DNA of 64,000 nucleotides, from assembly GCA_964016885.1 (NCBI GenBank), contig OZ024740.1, forward strand, positions 41,106,001 to 41,170,000, given 5' to 3'. Below are positions 23,629 to 36,629 of this stretch, one piece after another. This stretch comes from Eledone cirrhosa (taxonomy: Eukaryota). The position numbers were made by a program, and so were the translations under genes. Positions within the stretch are counted from its first letter, which is position 1; every line of letters starts with the position of its first letter. The notes under the pieces were generated by a model. The model searched no databases. It was not told where the DNA came from and saw only the letters and a list, made by a program, of their open reading frames with translations.

Positions 23629-24594
23629 GGAAAAAATGAAACGAAATTTCATTTCCCACTCTTAGTACGGTTGTTACTTAAATATAAGTATGTACACGTA
23701 CATACATATATGTATACAGACGTACAGTAGTATGTATATATATATACATACATGCACACATATATATATGTACGTATGGATTCACTGAACGTTTATTATA
23801 ATGCTCGGTGTGTTTGTAAACAAACATCCCGTAAAAGCCGTAGTGTCTAGCAACCATCGTTGCTCGTTTGTTCAACACTGACAAAGGAACGCTGTACTAG
23901 TTTCAAGCTTATTAGCTATCGTCAGCAACGTATACCTTCCTGCCAGATGATTGAACGTCTGAAAGTATATACTTTCCTTATGCATATTAACGGCTGAGCA
24001 GCCTAATTTGCATATCGAGTCAGTTAATCGGCCGGGTGCACCGAAAACGATAAACGGAAAAAATTGTTTACAAACACACCGAGCATTATAATAAATGTTC
24101 GGTGAATCCATACGTACATATATATATATGTGTGCATGTATGTATATATATATATATATATACATACTACTGTACGTCTGTACGCATATATACTTATATT
24201 TAAGTAACAGCCGTACTAAGAGTGGGAAATGAAATTTTGTTTCATTTTTTCCGTTTATCGTTTTCGGTGCACCCGGCCGATTAACCCACTCAATATGCAA
24301 ATTAGGCTGCTCAGCCGTTAATATGCATAAGGTAAGTATATACGTTCAACAATCTGGCAGGAAGGTATACGTTGCTGACGATAGATAATAAGCTTGAATC
24401 TAGTACAGCGTTCCTTTGTCAGTGTTGAACAAACGAGCAATGATGGTTGCTAGACACTACGGCTTAATACGGGATGTTTGTTTACAAACACACCGAGCAT
24501 TATAATAAATGTTCGGTGAATCCATACGTACATATATATATGTGTGCATGTATGTATATATATATGTATACATATATGTATGTACGTGTACATA

Positions 24595-24600
<6 letters not shown>
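23624..24600. mobile_element. Non-coding HHR element, ~415-430-nt monomer, tandem plus inverted copies
   Basis: TAAACGGAAAAAA at 23624 and 24051; 24065-24600 is an inverted ~1.3 monomers; (TA)n on both sides. Confidence 0.85.
23889..23931 (-). ncRNA. Minimal type I hammerhead ribozyme
   Basis: ACGTTG-CTGACGA-tAGCTaataAGCTt-GAAA-CTAG-TA^-CAGCGT; mutated mirror copy at 24369-24411 (+). Confidence 0.88.
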
Positions 24601-24663
<63 letters not shown>

Positions 24664-25105
24664 TGAAAATGTTTGAAGCGATGAGTGTATATGAATATTC
24701 GTAAAATGAGAGTATTCTCAGCGCAAAGATGGCCGTAACAGCTGAATACTATTTGCATAGTAAACATTTTTTGTGGGAGCGGTTTAAGATATAACGATTC
24801 AGATAACGCTAAGTTCCTTTTTCTTGTTAGCCTATTCTCTCAATTTTTCTCTCCATCTCTTTGTCTTTCTCCACAAGTCCTGCTCCAACGTTTTCCTCCC
24901 CATTTTCTCCTCCTCTTACCTTCTCTGTCTCTATAACCCTCTCATGACTCATCTCATACTTTGACTCTCTTTCTCCCTCTCTCCCCCACTCTCCGTTCGA
25001 TTTGTGGTTACATCTTAACCCCCCTCACTCCAAATTCTTTTACTATGCAAATAGTATCCAGCTGTTACGGCTACCTTTCGCGCTGAGAATACTCCAAATT
25101 TACGC

Positions 25106-25155
<50 letters not shown>

Positions 25156-25162
<7 letters not shown>

Positions 25163-26160
25163 AATAGGGAGAAAAAGACGATTATTAGGAAGAAAAATAT
25201 ATTTTTTTCCTTTTACTTTTTTCTCTTTTTTTCTGGGTTAGAAAATGTTTAAAATAAAATATTTTACTTTGTGTGAAGTGTTAAGGTATTAGTTATTTTT
25301 TTTTTTTTATTAATTAACAATGGCATTTATTTATTTATATATTTATTTATTTATATATTTATTTATTTATATATTGTCTATTACCGGTTTCAGCATTTTG
25401 TGCATTATCAAAGGGGGGAATTTGTATTGGTATAACATGTTGGAGAGAAGATAAGGTGGTGTTGAACATGTTAAGGAAATGGGAAAGAAAGAATAATATT
25501 ATTTACAGGCATAGTTCTTGAGGATAAGCCGTTTAAAAAGTGTTATTATGGCAAGAGCGCTTGGTTGGTCCATGATGGTGGCAAATGGTAGTCTGGGGTT
25601 GGTTATGTTTTCCCTTTTTAGAGAGTTAATATGCAGGGGGAGGTAATTCAGGGTGGTTGGGTAGGGGAGAGAGAGATGAGAGGGGATAATTCATTTATAT
25701 AAGTAAAAAGATTAGGTAGGGTGTAAGGGAGGTAACTCTTTAGAGAACATAGGAATTTGGGGCTTTGGTTCATTGTTCGTTCCAGTTTTAGTTTAGTCCG
25801 AAGTTTAGTCCATTAAATAGAGGTTGGAATTTGTTAATGTAGTACGTTTCCTTATTGGTACGATGGATGAAAGAAGCGTTGTCTATGAATTTATAAATGG
25901 GGAACATTTTAAAGTTTGGATGTTGGTTAGGTACACAGTTGGCGATATGTTCACTAAAAACAATCTTTCTGTATTCCTGTATTTTGATTTGTGATCTAAG
26001 CCATTGTTAATAAATAAATAAATTAACTAATATCTTAACACTTCACACAAAGTAAAATATTTTGTTTTAAACATTTTCTAACCCAGAAAAAAGAGAAAAA
26101 AATAAAGGGGAAAAAAAATTTGTCTTCCTAATAATCTTCTTTTTCTCCCTATTTCCATAT
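25156..26160 (-). mobile_element. 5'-truncated Penelope-like element (GIY-YIG C-terminus, HHR, inverted terminal copy)
   Basis: Minus ~25810-25990 translates QIKIQEYRKIVFSEHIANCVPNQHPNFKMFPIYKF..KETYYINKFQPLFN; inverted arms 25156-25324/26000-26160. Confidence 0.8.
25376..25417 (-). ncRNA. Hammerhead motif with U3-A8 core, decayed stem I
   Basis: TTGATAA-tGCAcaaaaTGCt-GAAA-CCGG-TA. Confidence 0.6.
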
Positions 26161-26244
26161 ATATATATATATTCCAACTTGTGTGCTCCTTCTCCACATT
26201 TTATAATTATATATATATATCTCCCTTCTTTCTCCCTTCTCTCT

Positions 26245-26623
26245 AACACCAACAACTACAGGGGATCTCACTGACGTCACTTGTGGCAAAGACCCTCAAC
26301 AGGATCCAGTCTGAGATGGAGAAGAAGCTCAGGGACAACCAGAACGGCTTCAGAAAGGGAAGATCAACCACGAGTCACATCCTGATGCTGAGGAGGATAT
26401 TAGAGGGAGCTAGAGCAAAGTGCCTTCCCGCGGTCATGGTTTTCATTGACTTTAGGAAGGCCTTTGATTCTGTGGACCGTCACTGCCTGATGAAGATCTT
26501 ACAGGCTTATGGAATCCCCAAGAAGATAGTGGACCTGATATCACTGCTCTACACCAACACCAAAGCCCAAGTCATTACACCTGATGGCATGACAGAGTTC
26601 TTTGAGATACTGGCTGGAGTGCT

Positions 26624-26625
<2 letters not shown>
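26245..26625 (+). pseudogene. Non-LTR (RTE-like) RT fragment
   Basis: NYRGISLTS, QNGFRKGRST, FIDFRKAFDSV; ends at (TA)n. Confidence 0.88.
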
Positions 26626-26667
<42 letters not shown>

Positions 26668-26746
26668 TATCCAGGAAGCTTCAACCGTTAAGGTTGTCTT
26701 TTTTTCCGGGTATGTCAATATTTATTTATAAAACAAAACAAATGTG

Positions 26747-26812
26747 TATTTTATCTGATGGAAGCGCACCATAATTTGCCTTGGTTGCCCTTGAAATATG
26801 TATAATAAAATA
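26747..26812 (+). ncRNA. Hammerhead motif (family of 22799), A9 variant
   Basis: TATTTTAT-CTGATGG..-GAAA-TATGTA-TA-ATAAAATA. Confidence 0.7.
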
Positions 26813-26851
26813 AATATGGTTTTATAAATATAGTTTCCATTTATTAATATA

Positions 26852-27260
<409 letters not shown>

Positions 27261-27654
27261 TAAATAAATATTTTCCATTTTGACGTTATAGTCACTTATA
27301 TATTATGAAATACTGTTGACTTCTTGCTCACATTAATTTTTCTATTTTCATTTATATTTATACTCGAAATTTTTCCTAGAGTGCTTAAAATTATTTGTGA
27401 CTAATCCCGGTCTTTAAAAAAAAAAAAACTGCGATAATATTGCTATATGCTGAACTCCATCTATTTTTGTACAGTTTTTTTCGGAATGTTTTGACTGCTG
27501 TTTCTTGTAAACAGTCATTCGTCTCATTCTGACGTCACCAGCCATGTTTCTCCATGTGTGTTTATTTTCATAATTCCGCACGAGGTGAACTAGCCTGCTT
27601 TTAAATTCCCTTTCTGGCATATTTTGGAAGTGGGTTTTTGGTTATCGCGTTGAA

Positions 27655-27733
27655 CTCTACTGATGAACGACTCCAACCGTGACTAATCCCACTGAAAAGT
27701 TTCGTGAAATAGTCTTTTTAAGACTATATAGAG
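27655..27733 (+). ncRNA. Canonical type I hammerhead ribozyme
   Basis: CTCTA-CTGATGA-ACGA..TCGT-GAAA-TAGTCTT-ttt-AAGACTA-TA^-TAGAG; all three stems pair. Confidence 0.9.
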
Positions 27734-28007
27734 CATTTGTAGTTTTTCCAAATTGAAGGATGAGTATTTAAACTTTATTTTATTCTGAGTTAAGACTCTA
27801 TTGGTTTTTTCCCTGGATTTCACAAAATCTGTGGATAAAATCTCTGTCTTGATTTTTTTTGAATTGCGTTTGAATTATTTTCCCATATCTTACGTTAAAT
27901 ATTTTCCATTTTGACGTTATAGTCACTTATAAATTATGAAACACTGTTGGCTTCTTGCTCACATTAATTTCTCTATTTTCATTTATATATTATATATATA
28001 TATATAT

Positions 28008-28076
<69 letters not shown>

Positions 28077-28501
28077 TTAAATAAAAAAACAACAACATAT
28101 ATATTTAGAATATATATATATATATATTTAAAAAAAAGTCCGTATGGGTAAATCTTTAGAGTATTATTTCAAAACAGGGGCGCGCATATGACAAAGGCAA
28201 TGAAAAAAAACAAAAACAACAACGGAAAAACGAACAGTCCCACCTCTTCTGTCAACCTCTGAAAATCACTACAATTTGGGTCATTTAAGGTTGATACTAT
28301 TCATTCCAGTGTACATTAGGACGTAACAAAACAGTTTGAAACAAAGGCAGGACAATTTATGTCTTTTGGCGAATTACATAAATAAAGACGAAAATGTACC
28401 CAAGTGCGTCAACTGACAAAGAAGGGAGAGAACGGTGGGCGAGGGCTTAGCTAAAGGAGACAAAATATAGAAAGGTGTGAGAAATAGCAAAATAGATAAG
28501 A

Positions 28502-28611
28502 ATAATTGTTTCTACTTTTGGCACAAGGCCAGCAATTTCCCCAGTATATTACTGATACTTTATTTTATCGACCCCGTAAGGATGAAAGGCAAAGTTAACC
28601 TCGGCGGGATT
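28502..28611 (-). mobile_element. 5'-truncated SINE
   Basis: SINE core; AGAATAAT on both sides. Confidence 0.85.
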
Positions 28612-28910
28612 AGAATAATATGGACTGTAGTCCAACGTGCAGACCAAGAAGAACGACACTGAGGCGTAGAAAAGGTAAGAAAGGAGAATAGAGGAAGACA
28701 GACCGTGCGGTGTGATGTCTATTATATGACATATGGCTAAGCCTTTAGAATATACATTCAAAACAGGGGTGTGGGGCAAAGGACAATAGAAGAAAACAAC
28801 GGAAAAACGGACAGTCCCATCACCTCACACACACACACATATATATATATATACATGTATATACTTTCACATTCACACACACCCACGTACATATGTATAT
28901 ACTTTCCCAG

Positions 28911-28986
<76 letters not shown>

Positions 28987-29419
28987 ACATATATACTCTC
29001 ACATTCACACACACACACATCAGTTGTTTTTATCCTCCAAATATTTTGTATTCAGTTTGTTCTGATCATTCTTAACATTTAAACATTTTTTAATTCAACA
29101 AAAATAAACTAGAATAATTTATAACACCACAATACATGGTACTATAAAATGTACATGTAATTGGTCAGATTTTATCATGGAACGAAAACCGTAAAATAGA
29201 GTCAGATTTTACCATGTAACGAAAACCGTAAAAGAGAATTTAAGTTTGTTCTGTTATTATAATTGAATATAGCTGTTAAAAAATTAAAGTCTTTATACAC
29301 CAAAGTCGCACTGGTACAAGGGAAATAACTCTTTTCAACATCAACTAACAGTTACAGTAAAGTTTATGTCTGATAAGATTGTGACAGTTGCAGTTCTCTG
29401 AGTAAAAAGTTGTGAACAT

Positions 29420-29755
29420 ATTAATGACTTCAGATTAGTGACCTCAAATTAGTGACCTTAGATTAGTAACCTGAGATTAGCGACCTCATATTAATGACCT
29501 CAGATTAGTGACCCGAGATTAATGACCTGAGATATGTGTCCTCCCATTAGAGACCTGAGATTAATGACCTTAGGTTAATAACGTCAGATTAGAGATTCGG
29601 GATTAATAACCTCAGATTAATGACCTGATATTAATGACCCGGCATTAATGACCTGGCATTAATGACCTGGCAATAATGACCTCAGATTTGTGACCTTAGA
29701 TTAATGACCTCAGATTACCGACTTTAGATTAATTACCTAAGATTAGTGATCTTAA
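29420..29755. repeat. 14-bp minisatellite (TAATGACCTCAGAT), more than 20 copies
   Basis: Direct reading. Confidence 0.92.
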
Positions 29756-29839
29756 ATTGATATATTTAGTGCCACATTTTAAATGAAAGATCGTTCATAT
29801 CGATTGACTAACCGTGAACAACAATAGCAATGATAATTA

Positions 29840-30068
29840 TTGTTTGTTTTACACATAGGAACGAGATTAGATATTTTATGAAAGGGGGGGGGGTGACAGT
29901 CGATTATATCAAACTCAGAAGTTAACTGGTACTTTATTTTATCGGCTCCGTAAGGATAAAAAACAAAGTTGACTTCAGCAGGATTTGACATCAGAACGTA
30001 AAGGGCAATAATTAAAATTGTAAACCATTTTGTCAGACGCTTTACAGATTCTGTTAATTTACCGCCTT
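29840..30068 (-). mobile_element. Diverged SINE copy
   Basis: SINE core and head motifs. Confidence 0.75.
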
Positions 30069-30254
30069 AATAATTGAAATGATGCTTTCTTGATTAAATT
30101 TTAGATAAAGGAGATTGAAACCCTACCTCCAATTTATATATACTTAATTGATGCATAGATACAACACAACTACCCACACGGCCACCTACAGACCGACTTT
30201 TAGAAGAAGTTATTTTGTAGATGTTCACCAATTTAGAACGTGTATTTTGGTTGT

Positions 30255-31222
30255 TAATGATATCTTTCTTTATTTGCCACAGGGGCGTACAAAAATGGGA
30301 CATTACAAGACGTGACGGCGGCGGTTTTACATGAAAATAACATGAATAAATAACAATAAACTATATATGATAAAATTACAATTGAAATCCCCAATAGGGG
30401 GGAACGTTACTGCAGGGTTGTTTTACACCCCGTGGATAGAACAACCCTCAACACCAGGAACACGTTTTGTAGGTGTTCCTGTCTTCCATCTGTTTATCTT
30501 CCTCAACCTACAGGTTTATATACAGAGAAGGCCCATTCACTCGGGCCATTTTCGCCACATTCACCCACCTTTCAGCGAATTTACTGGGGTGTAGAACCTC
30601 TCTCTCCACTCTCACATTCCTTCTGAAATGATATTTAAAGAAGGGGATAAGTTGTTGTCCGGAGAGAAAGGTGTTTGCCCTCAGTCCTTTTAACCTTGTT
30701 CACCATATTACCTCTTTCGCCATAGCCACCAGACAGAGGAAAACCGCCGCTCCTTCGTTCTTAAATGAAGGCGGCGGAGTGATCCTCACGATGGACTCGG
30801 CTGACAACTGGATGCGTCCCACACGTGACAGCAGCTGTTCGACATAATTCCACAGGTCGGTCACCCCTGGGCACTGAACAATTGCGTGCAGAACGGTTTC
30901 GATGTCCTGCTCGCATCTTGGACAGGTACTTTTGGCAGGATCTCTGCCAGGGCGTCCGTGCCTGTAGATTTTGTCTCGAACTGGTAGAGCTCCTCGCTAA
31001 CACTGCTAGGCCAGAGACCTCTGGTAGTTATCCCTAGGCCCTGGACGGAAAGTCCTCCCGAATAGACTGGTCAGTTCGTCCTCCTCGATGCCTAGAGTTT
31101 CCCAGAGAACGTCGTCGCGCTTATCCTCCACTAATCCCCTATGGAATGTCGAAGTGGAGTCTCCACTAATTGCCGTTTCCGCTTGGTAGAGGCTGTGAGC
31201 GCCTGTAGGCACTCCAGGTGCC
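30255..31222 (-). mobile_element. L1/Tx1-clade LINE 3' end
   Basis: Minus: GALPVRDKIYRHG..TCPRCEQDIETVLHAIVQCPGVTDLWNYV (CCHC zf-RVT), AKEVIW; AATAAA near the 3' end. Confidence 0.85.
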
Positions 31223-31717
31223 ATGTTAATGATAGTTAATAGGAGAGGTAGATATATAGATATATGTTGTGTTATGAATGTTAATATTTGTTTGTGTATT
31301 GTATCACAAAGAGTAACCGAAGAAGTCCAAAGGAATGTTGTGGCAAATATCATCATAAGGCATTACGACGTTTTTTCATATATAATTTATTTACAAAGAC
31401 GAGAAGTTGAGTTAGCTGTGAAGACATGTCATAAGAAATGAAACAAAACAAATTAAGATGCTGTAAAAGAATACGCAGACCGGTGACTGAAATTAGAAGC
31501 CACGGCGCGGTAATTGTTTGATAGCTACATTTTGGAAAGTTTGTTGAGCAAAATCAAGAGATGTTTACCTTGGCGGTGTCGAGCTGCAAGAGAGAGATTT
31601 TCGAAGCGAAGCGGGAATTTTTCCCTTTCGGCGGAAGTTGAAATACATCTCCCTACGCTGGTAGCGATTGGCTGAACTTAGCCAAACAATGGCCTACAGA
31701 TCGACTAATAATTGAAA

Positions 31718-31885
31718 TAATTGTTTTTAATTTAGATACAAGGCCAGCGAATTGAAGGGAGGGGAAAGTCGATTAAATCGACACCAGTGCGTTACTGGTG
31801 CTTTATTTTTATCGACCTCGAAAGGATGAAAGACAAAGTTGACCTTGGTGGGATTTGAACTCAGAACGTAGAGGGTCGAAACAAA
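31718..31885 (-). mobile_element. SINE copy
   Basis: SINE core plus B box. Confidence 0.85.
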
Positions 31886-32233
31886 ATGTAACAAAGCTTA
31901 TATACAGACACAGATATACATATCCATACATACACATACATACACACATATACATATATGGGCCTTCACTCACTCAAATATATGTTCGTATACATGCATA
32001 TAGATACATTCATAAAAACACACACATATATACACACACACACACATATATATACGAGTGTGTGCGTATGTGTATAGTGTATGTGTGTGTATATATTATA
32101 TATATATGGTTATGTATGCATACGCGTATACGTATGCATGTGTACCTGTATGCATACATGTATGTCTGTGTGTATGTATGTATATATATATTTTGTATAT
32201 ATATATATATATATAATATATATATATATATAT

Positions 32234-32365
<132 letters not shown>

Positions 32366-32374
32366 TATATATAT

Positions 32375-32419
<45 letters not shown>

Positions 32420-32492
32420 TATTGAAGTTTCCGTTGGAATTGAAAAAGTCATAGGAGTGAAGAGTGCTCTATGTAAGTACCAGAGCAAAATT

Positions 32493-33293
32493 TAATGTAT
32501 AATAAACAATACAATATAATTACCTCATTACCAGAGGTTTCCCGAAATAGACGAATACGAAAGAAACGTCCTCATTCGTTCGTCGGATTATCAACAAAAA
32601 ATCACCTAGAGAACATCAAAATTGCTCCTGTAGAGTCAAAAGTGAATGCCCATTACAAGGTAAATGCAACACCAAATGAAATCACATTTGCTTTCCAGCT
32701 CATATAAACTTAACACACTTTCAGATACTTATCCTCCATAAGCTCTTATTCTTCACTTAAATTATTTCCTTTAAAGACTACTCTTTCTGATTTACTTTCA
32801 TTTTTAACCTTATTATTAATTTTAATTTTATTTTTATTTTTATTTTTATTTTTACTTCACATACACTAGTACCCCCCCCCTTTTTATCCTTCGATTCACT
32901 TTCCACTTTTTACTTCCCTATTTTCTTTACTACCTGATTACACAGGTCACTTGCGTTTTCCACTCCAGATATTTTCTGTTATTTCGCAGCCATTTTTATA
33001 TTTTTATATTTGTACTCAATTATTCTTAAGGCTGCTTTACACCCTGTATCTATGTGTCTGAGCGTCTTTATGTGTGTATACGTTCTGTATATGAACACGA
33101 ACGCCTCCGTATGCGCGTGTGCGTGCGTGTATATATATGTGTATGTATGTGTGTTTTTATATCTGTGTTTTTATATCTATGTTTTTTTACATTCTTATTT
33201 TTATGTGTGTGCGTGTAAGCGGGTCAATGTACGTGAATATGTTTGTGCGTATGTGTGTATATATGTATTGTATGTATGGATGTGCATGTGTGC

Positions 33294-33335
<42 letters not shown>

Positions 33336-34075
33336 TCGCGTGCGTACGTGTGATTAGATATACATGGGATGATATGTATGTATATGTATACGTGCATCCT
33401 GTGTAAGTATGTACGCATGCATACGCTTTTGTCTGTACGTATTGCGTGTATATATATATTTTCTTATAGATTTATGTTTTTATAGAAATATGTGTATGTA
33501 CGCGTGTATCTTCTTTTCTTCTCTTTTCTTTTCTCTAGTGTTAATTGACTACTTTCTCTTTCATTTTTTCTTTCTCACATATTGTTTAATTTTTATACAT
33601 ATATCGAGAATGACACTTTCTTTTAACTATTACACTCCCTTCCCCCTTTATCTTCCGCATATAAGTATCTAAGACCTGCGTCTGGATTCGTGTCAACTAG
33701 ATTATATCCGTATTTGTGGTTACATATACACAAATATACTTGCCCCCATATATGTACTTACGCACACATTTTCACCATACACATGCATTTGTACATACAT
33801 ACATATGTACATTTGTGAGTGTATATACATACATATACACACACCTAACTATATTTCCTTATATTTTTTTTATATATTTTATATGTCTATTGCATTACCT
33901 TTATTTATATTTATATATATATATATATTTTTGCATTTCTTGAGGAGACTTTCCAAATATTTCACGATGTTTTATATTGCCTTGTCCGACGAACGAATGA
34001 GGACGTTTCTTTCGTATTCGTCTTATTCGGGAAACCTCTGGTAATGAGGTAATTATATTGTATTGTTTATTATAC

Positions 34076-34079
<4 letters not shown>
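32493..34079 (+). mobile_element. 5'-truncated Penelope-like element with inverted pLTR end
   Basis: Inverted arms 32493-32587/33985-34079; GIY-YIG-like KNHLENIK..VNAHY..FAFQLI at ~32595-32705. Confidence 0.7.
33977..34052 (+). ncRNA. Type I hammerhead motif, U4C variant
   Basis: TTGCCTTGT-CCGACGA-aCGAATGAGGACG..CGTCTTATTCGg-GAAA-CCtctGG-TA^-ATGAGGTAA. Confidence 0.8.
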
Positions 34080-34146
<67 letters not shown>

Positions 34147-34324
34147 ATACTTGGGGAGGGTCATATTGTAATAATATTGCCAGAAATAATAACAGAACAC
34201 GCTCACTGTTTGGTTGGTTTTCGCTTCTGTATCTTTTATATCTCCACAGTTAATTAATTCGGTCCTCAATGTTTACCATTGACTGACCAACGGTCAAAAA
34301 TACAGATATAATATAGATATAAAC

Positions 34325-34437
<113 letters not shown>

Positions 34438-34558
34438 AACAAAGTTCTTTCGTTGACATCTGCAACATCATCAGTGGTACTATTATGTTCCTCCTGTTGT
34501 ATTGTTTCTACACCATTTTTATTTTATTTTATTTTATCTGTTTATTTATTTTCCTTCA

Positions 34559-34662
<104 letters not shown>

Positions 34663-34703
34663 ATACGTGTGTATAATGGTAGCTATGGTGCTTCCATAGG
34701 CGG

Positions 34704-34943
34704 TATGCCAAAATTAGCACTCAATATTCTTACAGAGCATAGTGTGAAAAAAACAAAAATCAGTGATGCATCTGGACTCAGTTTATTGCGTGTTACAATT
34801 GATTCGCCGGCAAGTAGCTCGGTCTCGAGCTACTTGCCGGCGAAACAATTGTAACACGCAAGAAACTGAGTCCAGATGCATCACTGATTTTTGTTTTTTT
34901 CACACTATGCTCTGTAAGAATATTGAGTGCTAATTTTGGCATA
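34704..34943. repeat. Near-perfect palindrome, 118-bp arms, 4-nt loop
   Basis: 34704-34821 vs 34826-34943, two mismatches seen. Confidence 0.97.
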
Positions 34944-35570
34944 TACATTTTCACCTTTAATGAGACATCGTGCCATAACATGTACACAGAATTTTATGTG
35001 ACAACGATATCTTACTTTTTTCTTCTTGCCTTTTTCCCTTCGTTTTTCTTTTTTCTTTCTTTCTAATCTTTTGTTTCAGTCTCATGAGACTTTCGTTGCT
35101 ATAAAAAGTACAACACCTTCTCCTGGTCGTCACATAAAATTCTATGTCTACATGTTATGGCTTAATTCCTATAAGTTACTAGCAGAAAAACTAGCATGTG
35201 TAGTGGTGTATATTGATATTATACATAAGTATATATACATGTAGATATGATACATCAAATAAAATCGTAAATGACAATATACACAGAAATTGAACGAAGA
35301 CTGCGTTACACTGTCTTATGTAATCAGTAACGTAATCCATGATATATTAAAAAAAGACGATATTATATATAAACTGCATTAGGAGAAAATTAGTGACGGG
35401 AATATATGAATGTTTATTTAAGCGATCGCTAACCGGAAGTGTTGACATTTGAAAATTTTAAAGAAGTGAATCTTAAAATAAACAATAAAATTATTTATAT
35501 TTAATCAAGAATAACGAAATTTAGTAGATAAATTATGTAATATTCATTCATTATTTATTCAAAGTATTCA

Positions 35571-35756
35571 GGGCGGTGGATTGGCAGTATCGGTAGAGGG
35601 TCGGTCGCCATGCTTTCCAGCATAGTTACGTCCCTTTATGATCTGAGTTCAAATCCCGCCGAGGTTGACTTTGCCTTTCATCCTTACGGGGTCGATAAAA
35701 TAAAGTACCAGTAATACACTGGGTAATTGCTGGCCTTGTGCCTAAAGTAGAAACAA
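35571..35756 (+). mobile_element. tRNA-derived SINE, full length, with TSD
   Basis: TGGCAGTATCGG A box, GAGTTCAAATCC B box; ATTATTTATTCAAAGTA at 35550-35566 and 35756-35772. Confidence 0.92.
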
Positions 35757-36343
35757 TTATTTATTCAAAGTAATCCAACTTATTTTACAAAAGGGATAAA
35801 AAAATATTCTGAACGCAGTCCCGCACTCCTTACTTTATTATAGTTTAGATTTTGTCTCGTCTCTTTCTCTACGGACAGCGCTTTGGTTTGTGTTAGACAG
35901 TGTGATCCTGGGTAGACCAGCAGTACCGTCGGTAGGGGCCGAAACTGCCAGAAGTCCATCTCGCCGGCTGAAGACCTTGGAGCTTCGTTTCTTATTTTTA
36001 TTTTCAAATCTGGCCTTGTTTTCGTTCGTTGTCCTCTCTGTGTTAATTTTCCTATGTTTTTCACTTCCACGTTGTTTTTTGTTTACTGTTTCAACTATAA
36101 CATATATATATCTAGGCATTGTTAGATTAAGAGAAACTTAAAAATAAGGAGTGGCACCTCATTCTGAACTTGTTTATAGAATTCTTTCTGCCTTTGTTAC
36201 TCTAAATATAAACTATAGCTTTGAAGAATTAGCTTTTAATGAATCCCCTTTTCTATCAACCAATGACCTCTACCCATACCACTCCCTACCCTCTCTTACC
36301 ACCTGAAGAGACCTATAAATACCATATTTATTTTTTGATACCC

Positions 36344-36394
36344 AGATTCCTGATGATTTCTAAAGAATGAAACAGTTCTAGTCCTGTAGAATCT
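36344..36394 (+). ncRNA. Type I hammerhead ribozyme
   Basis: AGATTC-CTGATGA-tTTCtaaaGAAt-GAAA-CAGttctagtcCTG-TA^-GAATCT. Confidence 0.88.
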
Positions 36395-36406
36395 CATCTA
36401 TATTAA

Positions 36407-36537
<131 letters not shown>

Positions 36538-36582
36538 ATGTAGAAAGGACCAGAACTCCTTTCATTCTGGAGAAATCATCAC

Positions 36583-36629
36583 CTTCCTGATGATTTCTCC
36601 GGAATGAAACTGTTCTCGTCCTGTAGAAG
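36583..36629 (+). ncRNA. Type I hammerhead ribozyme, paralogue of 36344
   Basis: CTTC-CTGATGA-tTTCtccgGAAt-GAAA-ctg..ctg-TA^-GAAG; partial inverted copy at 36545-36581. Confidence 0.75.

Noticed and set aside
35571-35665. tRNA gene
   Set aside because: The A and B boxes belong to the multi-copy SINE head; no complete cloverleaf
35935-35980. Type II hammerhead (GAAA..TC..CTGAAGA)
   Set aside because: Stems I and II do not pair
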